64,000 nt of DNA from Eledone cirrhosa (taxonomy: Eukaryota). The translations under genes were made by a program, and so were the position numbers. The stretch spans positions 29,760,001 to 29,824,000 of the forward strand of contig OZ024741.1 in assembly GCA_964016885.1 (NCBI GenBank), given 5' to 3'. This document shows positions 1-13,939 of this stretch, one piece after another. The notes below the pieces were generated by a model. That model did not search any database. It was not told the origin of the DNA and saw only the letters and a program-made list of their open reading frames with translations. Each line of letters begins with the position of its first letter. The first letter of the stretch is position 1.

Positions 1-1285
1 ATTTATTATAGAATTAAAATTAGAGATAATGATAAATTTCTCGGCTAGGCAGAGATTACATGTTCTGGATAGGGAAGCATTCCGGTAAGGAAAGGCGTTG
101 CAAACCTTCCTCCAAGAGATGTTGTAGTTAATATTTTTGTTTTTAAGGACCATATGAGTTCCGAGAGTGCCGTGTTAGTTCTTTTAAGTTGGTATTTCAA
201 ACACGAATTGTGATTATAAAAGCTTGCTTTAAAGGATGTGGAAGTGGAACCAAAATAGGTAAAAGTATTAGTACCAGTTATACCCTTACATTCTTACACT
301 AAATTTTTTATTAAGGCATTGGTTATTAAGAGGACATTTAGTTCTAACAGGGCAATTACAATTGCGATTAGAGAAATTACCAGAGTTATTAACAAGTGAC
401 CTAGTATTATTTGTAGAAGAAATTGGATTGGAGAAGTTATTTACGATAGGAACTATAGTTTCCTGATTTAACTATAGTTTCCTGATTTAACTATAGTTTC
501 CTGATTTAAATTTACTGAATCTAGCCTGGAGTTAACATTGACGTCGGGTTTACTATTATTATGACGCCCAGTGTTGGATGGATATAATTTATTATTTAAT
601 ACTTTATTATTATGTTTAGAGATAATGTTAGAGATGTTGGAAGTGGTGGAATAAGAGAATTTGATTGTATGTTTGTTAAAGATCTTACTATAGATATACG
701 AGGGAGAGAAGGCCCTAAAAATAGTTTAGGAATATTACTAGTAATAGATAGAGAAAAAGAAGCATTGTACCAAATCCTACTTTTGTATCTTACTCTTTTA
801 TTTAAGTTATTGGAATGTTCATAACTAACTATTTTACTATAAGTCGTTCGATGATTGGTTTCTTTACTGTATTTAATGTTATCAGGATAATCGGCTTTGG
901 AAAACGCATTATTATAATAATTGGCATTAGCATCGAAGATAAATTTATTAGAGGATAGATTTGAGATTCTTTTTTCTACATTACTGACTATAGCATTTTT
1001 ACCGTTAGTGGGGTAGTTAGATTTAAAATTAACATAATTTAGATTCTTATTGTCTTTATGGTAAGGGTAATATAGGCCGGTGTCAAGATTAGGAAGTTAG
1101 CTAGTTTGACGTTGTTTTCAAATACAATTTTTAGGTTATGGTGCTTAAATCGATCAAGTATATTATTCTTAATAATATTAAGATTAACTAAGTTATAGTT
1201 TAAGACAGTAAAATGGGCATCGTCACGATAAATTGCACCGCGAAGTTGAGGAATTTTCCGATTTAAAGAATTCAAAATAAAGATA
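1..1285 (-). mobile_element. Degenerate Penelope-like element fragment (RT C-terminus/thumb and GIY-YIG endonuclease)
   Basis: Minus-strand translation gives YRDD...IVFENNVKLANFL (RT), RISNLSSNKFIF, CNCPVRTKCPLNNQC and TYFGSTSTSFKASFYNH...LSELIWSLK...CNLCLAEK, typical of the PLE GIY-YIG C-terminus. Frames are broken. Confidence 0.8.
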
Positions 1286-1400
1286 CCAATATATATATAT
1301 ATATAGTAATAATAATATATGCGAAGACTAAAATCCAAATATCATATAAATAAGGAACCTAGAGCAAATATTTATTAAAATAACAGATTAATTTTTTTTT

Positions 1401-1451
1401 AGTTTCAGAAGATCTCGTTATGGGTGAAAGCAGCGATTCTTTGCTTAAACT
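1401..1451 (+). ncRNA. Hammerhead-like motif, family C (CAGAAGA core)
   Basis: AGTTT-CAGAAGA-tctcgttatgggt-GAAA-gca...tgc-TT-AAACT. Stem I is 5 bp. Homologues lie at 6815-6905, 33513-33563 and 51340-51520. Confidence 0.5.
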
Positions 1452-1464
1452 TTGATCTATTTTA

Positions 1465-1559
<95 letters not shown>

Positions 1560-1940
1560 AATATGATAATAATGGAGCTGCCGCGCTGCAAATGGGTTAC
1601 ATATGAAAAAGTTTGTCCTCATCAGTGGCCTTCTAACCGTCGTAGGCATTTCGTCGCATTAAAGGCCATATACCTCAGGTTGGTGCGAGCAACGGCTAAA
1701 AAAAGTCGTTGGGACACGTAAATAAGGGGGACGCTAGGGTAAACAAACAAAATGGTTTAAGCAACAGAAAGTGATGAAGAAGGAAACAAGTCCCAGATTT
1801 CTATGAATATAAATTCGGTGGAATCGTGAACGAGAGAACAAAGACCATCAAACCTGGTTGAAATGTGAGCAAGGAAGGAAATTCGCACAGGTCTAACGGG
1901 GGGAAGAAGGGGTCTGGTCTGCGAATTCGGTAAACATAAG

Positions 1941-2007
<67 letters not shown>

Positions 2008-2194
2008 ACTATATATATATATTTATATATATATAGTTACATAAATTATCTGTATGTGGGCTGTTCAGATAATCCTTACTTCTGTTGAAAACCCCAGCAT
2101 TACGTGACGCTAATTTTCGGCGAAACAAACTTTATCTGTAGTTTGTCTAGGAGTTTAATAATTATTGAAATGGTTAGTACACTTTAATTTTTTT

Positions 2195-2325
2195 TCCGGG
2201 TTTAAGTACCACAGTAAGTAAGGTACTTAATACGTAACAGAGTATAAATATTTAATATAGAAATTGCTTCTTCAGGACTAGAACTGTTTGAAATAGTTTG
2301 AAATAGTTCTAGTCATGTAGTTCCA
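2195..2325. mobile_element. Small inverted-repeat insertion of hammerhead family A (tail plus two truncated ribozyme 3' halves)
   Basis: Shares 'ccacagtaagtaaggtac...ttaatatag' and 'caggactagaactgttt' with 12280-12470 and 33682-33813. Flanked by TA-rich tracts. Confidence 0.6.
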
Positions 2326-2331
2326 TATCAA

Positions 2332-2393
<62 letters not shown>

Positions 2394-2642
2394 CAATTAA
2401 TATATATTAATAATAGAATGGTCATACGAGGAACCACCCCCTAGAAACGATCGTAAAATGAGTTCTACTATGAATTAACCGTTTTTTGTTTAATTTCATT
2501 GTTTTACAATTTGTATTTTTGACTCTGTATCCAATGAATTACATGGTTGAAAATATTGTATTTTAAACTTTGTTTCGCATCTTCTACATACGGTTTAGAC
2601 CCTACCATTAATTGATATATATATATACTTTATATATTTATA

Positions 2643-2683
<41 letters not shown>

Positions 2684-2769
2684 TTATATATATAGGAACG
2701 ATCGACTTTCGTCAAATCGGACCGAGGGAACAATGTTTCCGTTGGTCTTTCCAATTGCTAATACTATCT

Positions 2770-3663
<894 letters not shown>

Positions 3664-3778
3664 GGAGGTGAGTTTTATTGTAGTACAATAAAGCAATGCA
3701 GATATCGGATAAGAAGCACTCTTTGTTTTTGAAATGCGCATAATAAAATACAAGGAACTCTTTTAACCATCTTTTTAT

Positions 3779-3834
<56 letters not shown>

Positions 3835-3835
<1 letters not shown>

Positions 3836-4647
3836 ACAAATGGATGTACAGCATAATCGAAGCTTTGGTTGCAGCTAAGTTAACGTATGCAATCGGAATG
3901 TCAGCTAAGCACTCAATAAGGTATTTTACTTTAGAGTTATAACATTACGTTTAGACAGCTTTGCAAATTGAAGACAGCGACCGATAAGGCAGCCGCAGTT
4001 ACCAAAGCAATGAAAAAAAAATGACTCAGGAAAATATGACAAACCTGGACCATCGCCTCGATATTATACAATATCTCCGCTAGGCTTCTGTAAATCCGAA
4101 ATCAACAAAGTCCACTTACAGGGGCCTGCAAGTTATTGGCTTTGGAAGATAGAACAGTGGAATTTACTTCGTCAACAAATTTTCGTTCTAGGCCGCTCCA
4201 GTTGTGAATTTTAGCAGTAAACACCGCGAGTAGTCACGTGGTTTTTACGAAGGGAGGTAACTCCCGGTTTTGGCGGTCAAAATTCAAAATTTGAAAAAAT
4301 GAATAAATTCCTTTCCACAAACCGAATAAAGGTCTCAACTAGATGTTATTAAACAAACATAAACAATTAACGAATCAATAGAATTGTCTAATTAAATTAA
4401 TCAATTAATCATTAAGTCTAGGAGATAATAATACAAATGGAAGTACAGCACAATCGAAGCTCTGGCTGTAGCTAAGTTAACGAATGCAATCGGATTGTGC
4501 AGCTAAGTACTCAATAAGGTATCTTACCTTAGAGTTATAACATTACGTTAAGACAGCTTTGCAAATTGAAGACATCGACCGATAAGCCAGCCGCAGTGAC
4601 CAAAGCAACGACAAAAAAAAATGACAAGAAAAATTATACAAACCTGG
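3835..4647 (-). mobile_element. Retrozyme-like element, ~1.35 copies of a ~598-bp monomer
   Basis: 3835-4048 is repeated at 4432-4647. The monomer contains an HHR at 4043-4180 and abuts a (TA)/(TG) tract. Confidence 0.65.
4043..4180 (-). ncRNA. Extended type I hammerhead-like motif, UUGACGA core (family E)
   Basis: ATTTG-TTGACGA-a-gtaaattcc...ggatttac-a-GAAGC-c..gatattgtaatatc..g-GTC-CAGGT. The architecture matches the 612-bp repeat HHR. Confidence 0.6.
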
Positions 4648-4649
4648 CC

Positions 4650-5560
4650 TGTAAGTCACACCGATCAATATCATTGTCAGAATGACGCACTGGGAATCTA
4701 CCATGTTGTGGTTTTGTCTTCCACTCACAGGTTAGTTTAAAGTATCTTTACTTTGATCTTCACAATCATAGCTATCTCTGCAGCACTCAGGTGTTGATCT
4801 ATGGGTTTATCTTACTCCATGTTCAGGTCTTTTCTGAATATGCTCGCTTCTTTCGGTATTGAGTGTAGTCTTTTATTCAGTTCATGTTTCAGTACAGACA
4901 TGTGAAGTTCGTCTTGGGTGTTGTGGAGATAGCTATCAAATCCAATAGTTGCTGTTTGTATGCAGCTTTTTGTTTTAGGGCCGGCATAAGGCTTCAAGAC
5001 TTGAGATATACAGCCTATATACATCGACTTTAGGGTGGTGCATTTTCTCAATTGTCAGTAATTTTGTAGTTTTAACGTCCATCCTTTGTAATTTTAATGT
5101 CCATCCGATTCTAGTTTATGGCGTTAAAACTGAATATTTTAACTGGTACTGTTAGGCTGTTACTGGCTTTAAACTTGTGGCAAGAATTTTGCTTCCCTTT
5201 GTTATCAATCTCACTCTTTATGTATTCCTTCTATAAATGTTTCTTCATGCTTGAATGCTGGATTCCATCTGCTTTATTAACTCCAGGATATTTGTAAATC
5301 TCTTCATTTTTTAGTTCGTTTGTTGTGGTTTGCTGGTCTATGACACTGTCTTAGCTGCTAGAATGCAACACTCTCTTGAACATGGCATTTGCACTCTTGT
5401 CCGGTTCAAATAGCATATGGATGTCACCACTGAATTGTTTCACAGTGTACAGTGTGATGACTCCAGGATGACTCCAGGCTGTTTGGAATCATTGATTCCA
5501 AACAGCCTGGAGACATCCATATAGAGGTGACTATAGTGTGTGTTGTCTAGTCTATATACA
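4650..5560 (-). mobile_element. Heavily degraded non-LTR retrotransposon fragment (R4/Dong-like)
   Basis: Minus-strand remnants include HLYMD (RT) and KYPG, and the 3' end resembles that of the 26.8-30.75 kb element (gtgtgactt). Confidence 0.45.
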
Positions 5561-5757
5561 CAGCTAGTTGTGTGAAATATATGACTTAGTGGAGCAAGTG
5601 ACATACAGTAAAGGGAACAGTAAAGGGAACAATGTTTATCTCTGCAGCCATGGCAGCTCCGTCTAAATGAACAAGCTGAAGAGTGAGGGTAATGTGAGCT
5701 TAACCAGGTACCATCATGAAACTTTCCCTCTCTCTCTCACTCTCTCTCCCTTTCTCT

Positions 5758-6791
<1,034 letters not shown>

Positions 6792-6799
6792 TATATATA

Positions 6800-7010
6800 T
6801 ATATTTATTAAAATAAAAGATTAAAGTTTAAGCAAAGAATCGTTATTTTCACCCTTAATGGAATCTTCTGTTAAGGGTGAAAGCAGCGATTCTTTGCTTA
6901 AAATTTACTCTGTTATTTTAATAAATATTTGCTCTAGGGTTCTTATATATATGATATATATTTATCCTTATCGAGCCCTCTTTGGATTTCAGTCTTCGCA
7001 TTTATTATTA

Positions 7011-7012
<2 letters not shown>
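6800..7012. mobile_element. Small inverted-repeat insertion of family C
   Basis: 6800-6858 is inverted relative to 6871-6929. It shares a tail with 1310-1390 and 33563-33608 and is flanked by (TA)n. Confidence 0.6.
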
Positions 7013-7080
<68 letters not shown>

Positions 7081-8029
7081 ATGTGTGTTTGTATTTGAGT
7101 GTGTGTGTGTCTGTACCTGTACTTATACGAGAGAAGCTATTTATAATGTATCATCTGTAGGGTTCAATAATGAGCAGAGGTTGCTTTTCCTCGGAACATC
7201 TGACTCATTAAATTAAAATACAAATAGCCGAGTAATTTGCAGCATTTATATATATATTTAACGTATAATTACGAAACCATTTCAGTGCAATACATGTCCG
7301 TCATTATCAGTTATTTAAGGAACTGAACTATCTGCAAATGGCTAAGTATTCCCTTGACAACTATACCATTGAGTTAAGTTTGAGATAGAATCAGAGTGAC
7401 ACTATACTTGGACCTTTGAACTATAGATACATTCCTTCTAAAGTGCTTCCACTGTGTGAGTTAACAGAGTCCAACTCATCTCGCTTCAGTCGGCAAGAGA
7501 TTGTAGTAAAGAAACTCGATCAAGGCGTCGGACAGTGATTTCGAATACAGAATCTCGTGATTACAAAGTGAACTTCTTAGTCACTCAAACACATATATAC
7601 GCGCACATTCATACACAAACATGCACCATGCATACACATGCATATATTGTACATCCATTAAAAAATATGATACTGCCTCACAACGACTCTTCCTGAGGAT
7701 TAAGTTAAAGAAGGCCATGATTGTGAAACACCTAACCACAACATAGAAATACATTTAAAGAATTGTTCATACACTTGATTAAATAACTGAATGGTAACCG
7801 GCGAATACAACAGAAATCCATTTCCTTTTAATTCTAAATATTGCTTCTTACAAATCTCCAGATGTAAACGTTCCCCCATTGCAACCAACACACACACACA
7901 CACACATATATGTTAGGTGTGTAACTATAGATACAGGCCCCGCCATTTTCATTGAATCTCTGCCGATCGAAACAGTTGTAATATATCAATACATTTGTAC
8001 ATATGCTGCAACAATATATATATATAATT

Positions 8030-8258
8030 TGTTTTGCGAGGTTTTTGATATGAACTCGTGTGTCGAAACAAATATTGTTATGTTTGTGTCTATATTATAT
8101 CTGTATTTTTGACCGTTGGTCAGTCAATGGTAAACATTGAGGACCGAATAAATTAACTGATATAAAAGATACAGAAGCGAAAACCAACCAAACAGTGTGT
8201 TCTATTATTAATTCTGGCAATATTATTACAACAATATGACCCTCCCCAAGTATAACAA
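8030..8258. mobile_element. Mini Penelope terminus related to the 34986-38676 element
   Basis: 8030-8078 is the inverted tail (38626-38676) and 8079-8258 resembles 38436-38634. TA-flanked. Confidence 0.7.
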
Positions 8259-8477
8259 TATATATATATATATATATATATAAATATATATATAAATAGG
8301 TAAACATAAATAACAACACAATCGGTACCTTATATGGAAGGGATATATTAGGTTAACGCTTGATATAGCAGGAAGAGGGTCTTAACGTTTTGGAGCTATT
8401 CCTTCATCAGAAGAAAGAATGAAAAATAAGATAGATTGAGGGTACGGGCGGGTTGGAATTGGAAAAAATGTCTTTAG

Positions 8478-8512
<35 letters not shown>

Positions 8513-8514
<2 letters not shown>

Positions 8515-8712
8515 CGAATAAAGTGTGGTAGGGAACCAGGTGGACCATACCGCACCAGAGTACTCAATACTTAGGGAAATAGAGTGGGTAATAGGAAAAT
8601 GTTCAAGACCCCGGCGGCAGAGCTCAAGCCGTTTCGACAGCTATTTCCGGACTCCAGAAATAGCTGTCGAACGGCTTGAGCTCTGCCCAAGGGGCCTTGA
8701 ACATTTTCCTAT
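8513..8712. mobile_element. Truncated palindromic family-B element
   Basis: Similar to 3190-3330, followed by a short inverted arm. Flanked by (TA)n. Confidence 0.7.
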
Positions 8713-9068
8713 ATATATATTTATATCTGTGTGTGTGTGTGTGTGTTTGTGTGTGAGTGTGTGTGTTTGTGCATTGAACAATAAAAAAAACGCAATAAAA
8801 ACAGAAGTCAGGTGTAAGTAGGCAGTTAGTTAATTATTGTTTTACGATTGTTTCAGAGGGTCGATTGATCGATGAAGATCAATGTACCGACTGGCATGGT
8901 AGTAGTTGAGTTGCTACCTATTTCTAGATTCGAAATCCCGGTTCAATCGTCCGTCTTCCTCAGAAACTCCTCGCTGCAACTTCGTCCCAAGGACACATTG
9001 AGTTCTATCAACGTTATCCACTCCAACACAACCAAGTGGTTTACAATATATATATATATATAATATAT

Positions 9069-9111
<43 letters not shown>

Positions 9112-9119
<8 letters not shown>

Positions 9120-9230
9120 GGCTTCTACAGCACTAGAACAGTTTCATTGGTATGAAATCATCAGCATGACCTGATGGATGATTTTATGCGAACGAAACAT
9201 TTCTAGTACTGTAGAATCCATTTCTATATT
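9112..9230. mobile_element. Inverted pair of degenerate family-A hammerheads
   Basis: gcttctacagcactagaacagtttca...tcatcag (minus-strand CUGAUGA...GAAAC...GUA) followed by gatga...gaaac...gtagaatc. Confidence 0.6.
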
Positions 9231-9231
9231 A

Positions 9232-9423
9232 AATAATTGTTTCTACTTTTGGCACAAGACCAGTAATTACCCAGTACATTACTGGTACCTTATTTTATCG
9301 ACCCCGTAATGATTAAAGGCAAAGTTAACTTCGACGGGATTTGAACTCAGACTGTAAAGGCACGTAACTATGCTAGGAAGCATGGTGTCCGACCCTCTAC
9401 CGATACTGCCAATTCACCACCCT
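9232..9423 (-). mobile_element. tRNA-derived SINE (abundant local family)
   Basis: Minus strand has an A box (tggcagtatcgg) and a B box (gagttcaaatccc). About 10 copies occur in the window. Confidence 0.8.
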
Positions 9424-9580
9424 TTCTATATTAAATTTCTATATTAAATAGTGATGTTCACACTCTACAAATGATTGAGTCCCTGATTTAACTCAGGATC
9501 TACACACACACACACAAACACGCACGTACACACACACACATACACACACACACACATGCACATGCACACACATACACACA

Positions 9581-9628
<48 letters not shown>

Positions 9629-10717
9629 TATATATATATACATATATATATACGTGTATATATATATATATTAAGGAAAATGATGAAATTTCGTTTACAC
9701 CTGAAACAATTAATCTCACCCCTTCTCCCACTTTTTCTTTTGTGGCGTTAGAGTCCTTGTTTTTACCCTCCCTTTCCTCTCATTTATGGCTTTTATACCT
9801 CTTTCCTCTACTTTCCCATAGATATACCCTTCCTTACCCCTATCTTCATTTCCCCATTATTTAAATTTGTTTTTATCTTTCTTTTTCACATTTATGTAAA
9901 TATCAATGGTTCTGAAACATTTGTATTCTTTAACTCATATATGGACTTTTCCTTCACAATAATTTTCATATTTTAATTTTCTACTAAACAATTCTGTTAA
10001 TTTAATAGTAGAATTCCTTTCATTTATTGAAACCATTACTGTGTACCGACATTTGCAGCCCCCCTGTATTTACCCTTCTATTCCCCAACAAATCTTCTTC
10101 AATACTACAATGATACCTCGACCAGGAGAGGGTCTTTAAGATGTATTACATTTCTCATACAACACTCCTAACAACAGAAACAGAAGCAGTTAGAAAAAAA
10201 AGGAAATATCTGGTTTCAGCATAAGATTCTTTAATATCACAAAAAACTAACTCAATACCACATTCTATTTTTCAATCCTTAAAACACGTTTTCCCGTAAT
10301 ATATGGATACGGGGCGTTCTTTAAGAAAACGTGATTAAAATATCTCACTATTCCAAATAACGACAATAATTTCGTGTACTTTAATAAACCAACAACACAC
10401 CAACATCTGTATAGCCCAATACATACGCCATCTTTATTTCACTGTTATTTATTCTTTTTTAATTTTTTCTTCACCGTTTGTTTTCTTTTGTTCTCCATAC
10501 ATTTTCCCCGCATCTAAATAAAATAACTCACATTATTTCCCAATCCCGAGATGCCGTAGGAGGAACTAGATAGCAGTTTTATAAGTATCAATTTTATCTG
10601 CTTAATAATCGGTAGTAATCGTTTTTATTGAGGATTTTTTATATTTTTTATTGAGAATTTTTCATTTTTGCATTTTTTGTTATTGACAGTAGCAACACCT
10701 GCTATTAGTAGCATAAA

Positions 10718-11866
10718 TATCAGGTTGTAACGAAAGTTCTGTCCGTTTTGAAGGCTCAATAAAACAATGGAAAAAAAACACAATATCAGATCTATTTAAT
10801 CATTTAACGTAGTCACCATTCTCCTCTATGACCACTCTCCATCTGTCAATAATCTGTTTAATGTCACGTTCATAAAATTCTTCAGGTTTTGAACTAAAAA
10901 GGAAACTAACTCACTTCCGATTTCTCTGGAAGTGAGTTTTAATCCACTCAAATTATATTGAAAACTTTTAAAGCGATAGTTATCTGTTGGTGCGAGGTCT
11001 GAAGAATTTTGTGGGTGAAGGATAATTTCCTAGGCCTATTTTTCTACACATTTGGTCTTTTGTGTTATGTGAGATCTAGGATCATCATGATAAAGGATGT
11101 CTTTTTTTGTGCAGTGTAAGATCTAGTGTTATCATGACGAAGGATGACTCCTATTCTATTTGCTAATGATGGGCGTTTCTGCTGCAAAGCTACTTTCAAA
11201 CATCTTAGATCTTGGTTGTTATTGTTTAATTATCATTCATGATGAATTATTCTCCGCATATCCCACTACACACTCAGAAGAATCTCCTTGGATGTAGGCC
11301 ATGTCTGGTCTGCAGAACAGGCTCTTCACCACAATGTCTTCGCTTAACATCATGGTAAAATATTCATTTCTCATCTCCAATGAGGACTCTGTTCAAAAGA
11401 CACATTCACAACTCACAAGAATGCAGTGATGCACAGTAGTCAACAATTTGTTTATGATTGCTGCAGAAAGTTCATGCAGTATCTTTGACATTTTACCAAG
11501 CTTTTTTTAATTTACGACGAAATCCGTACTTAGTTCTCGAACTGCAACGGTCGGGTTTGCATCAAAAGCAGCTTCCAATGTATCAGAATCCAGCCATCTT
11601 GAGAGCCCTTCTCTTGGTTCATCCTTCAGGCAGTAGTCACTGTTTCTTAACCGTGAAAACCCCCTCCTTCATGTTCTGTCTACCATTACACCATCTCTAT
11701 AAGTGTTTTGGAGTGAATTTTCTGTGGCCCCTGTACAATTAAGTTTTTGAAATTCATAAAGAATAACATGTCGAATGTATTTTTTATTTGGAGTGAATAT
11801 GGCGGCAATATAACAGTTTCAATAAAGATAAATTTGACAAAGTCTAAAAGAAAATGAATCTGATAT
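10718..11866 (-). mobile_element. Degraded mariner transposon
   Basis: Minus strand encodes LHPQNSSDLAPTD (the YSPDLAPxD motif) near 10985-11020. A TIR-like 'tatcaggttgtaacgaaagttc' lies at the left end. The right boundary is approximate. Confidence 0.7.
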
Positions 11867-12410
11867 CGGCACATTCCAAATATGATTGAGAAATTAGACA
11901 CATACACTCAGGTATGCCTACAAGAATGTATGTATATGAGCGTGTGTATGTATGAGTCTGTGTATGTGTGCCTTGGTTTTCCGTCGGTTCCATCGAAGAG
12001 TGTTCAGGTTGTATAAATAACTGACAGTCTTAATCATAAAATTAAAGTACAATTGTTTAACTATTCCACAGATATACCCGACGTTACGCTAGTTCTCAAA
12101 GATGTCCTACACTGTACAAAAATGTAAACCCTTTGAATTACAATTACAACTAATATGCGCTCGCTGAGTGGAACAACAGAAATAGAGTGTCTTGAACAAA
12201 GACTCCAGACGATGAGACGTATTGAACTCAGGACCTATATATACACACACACACATATATATAAATATATATATAAGTTTATCCCGGGTTCAATCGGGGG
12301 TAACCACAGTAAGTAAGGTACTCAATACAACGCAGGGTATAAATATTTAATATAGAAAAGGCTTCTACAGGACTAGAACTGCTTCATTCGGGAGAAATGA
12401 TCAGGAAGCC

Positions 12411-12459
12411 GCTTCCTGAAGATTTCTCCAGAATGAAACAGTTCTAGTCTTGTAGAAGC
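12411..12459 (+). ncRNA. Minimal type I hammerhead ribozyme, family A
   Basis: GCTTC-CTGAAGA-tttctccagaat-GAAAC-agttctagtctt-GTA-GAAGC. Canonical core and a 5-bp stem I. A degenerate inverted partner lies at 12361-12409. Confidence 0.8.
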
Positions 12460-12463
12460 CTTT

Positions 12464-12557
<94 letters not shown>

Positions 12558-12945
12558 ATATATATGTGTGTGTGTGTGTATATATATGGAGATGCGTGTG
12601 TGTGCGTGTGTTTGTATGTGTGTGTATAAAGTGAATAACGAACAATAAAGATAAAATGAAAATGTGTGTGCGTTTCTTTATATTGGAAATATTGGCAACA
12701 TGACTAACCCCAAGCCTGAAATGTTCATTGACAGTTGTCCCCCGCTGCTTCTGGTGGATTCTGTTAGAGAGCGTTAGCCATCAGCCTTTAAATATTCGTA
12801 GCTAGGCTTTCCAAACGTTTATTTATTAAACCTGCCGTATGTCTGTAGTTATACGAAATTCACATATGTCGGAGATAAAATTGTAATTCAACAATATATG
12901 TAACAGCTATATATATATATAGTTGTTACATATATTGTGGAATTA

Positions 12946-13003
<58 letters not shown>

Positions 13004-13022
13004 ATATACATATATACATTTG

Positions 13023-13076
<54 letters not shown>

Positions 13077-13267
13077 AATAAGGGTTGACGGACCCAGCAT
13101 ATTTATCAATGCCAGTACCGGTTGTATCACAGCGCACTCAATGGGCAATGTAAGATACATTACCAGAGTATACACATAGTTATTTGCCTCAACACAACAC
13201 ACGTAAATCGGGTGCCTATAAGGTTCCTGGACTCGAGTTTCTGCACCACTATATATATATATATATA

Positions 13268-13635
13268 GATGTGTGTTTAATGGTAGCTATGATGCTTCCA
13301 TAGGCGGTATGCCAGTTGAGCACTATGTTCTTACAGAGCAGAGTGTGATATAATATAAAACGAAACGTCAGTGATGCATCTGGACTCAATTTATTGTGTG
13401 TTACAATTGTTTCGCCGGCAGATACCTCGAGACAGGATCACTGTATGGATCTGTCTGATTCTAGAACTGCAGGTTCGTCGGACACTTCCAGTAATTTCGG
13501 ACCAAAGTTTCTCACTGAGAAAGTTTGTCCGAAATTATTGGAAGTGTCCGACAATGATCGTGTCTCGAGCTGTCTGCCGGCGAAACAATTGTAACACACA
13601 ATAAATTGAGTCCAGATGTATCACTGATTTTTCGT

Positions 13636-13649
<14 letters not shown>
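13268..13649. mobile_element. Palindromic non-autonomous element carrying hammerhead family D
   Basis: Arms 13347-13513 and 13515-13649 are inverted, with an internal deletion in the right arm. TA and TAA flanks. Confidence 0.75.
13398..13485 (-). ncRNA. Hammerhead-like motif with CCGACGA core (family D)
   Basis: GTGT-CCGACGA-acctgcag...ctgccggc-GAAAC-aatt-GTA-ACAC, with palindromic stem III acaattgt. A deleted copy lies at 13544-13597 (+). Confidence 0.6.
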
Positions 13650-13697
<48 letters not shown>

Positions 13698-13939
13698 TCT
13701 TCTTTATTAACCACAAGGGTTCACATAAAGTAGACATTAAGGACAGTACAGGACAATACAGGACGGTACAAATGGGCATTTCTGCGTGTAAAAAAACAGA
13801 GGTTGAAATAAAATAACAAAGAAAAATTCCCCAATAGGGGGGAGACTTCCAATGGACATTTGTGGAGAAAGCCCATTAAAAGACAACAGTGGCCCTGACC
13901 ACCAGGGCAAGTGCCCTCTCCCAGTTTTCCACCTTTAAT

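Noticed and set aside
451-509. Three copies of a 19-bp unit (aactatagtttcctgattt)
   Set aside because: A local slippage duplication inside a dead Penelope fragment.
2425-2462. GAAAC-gatc-GTA hammerhead 3' half
   Set aside because: No recognisable CUGANGA-type core or stem I, so too degenerate to call.
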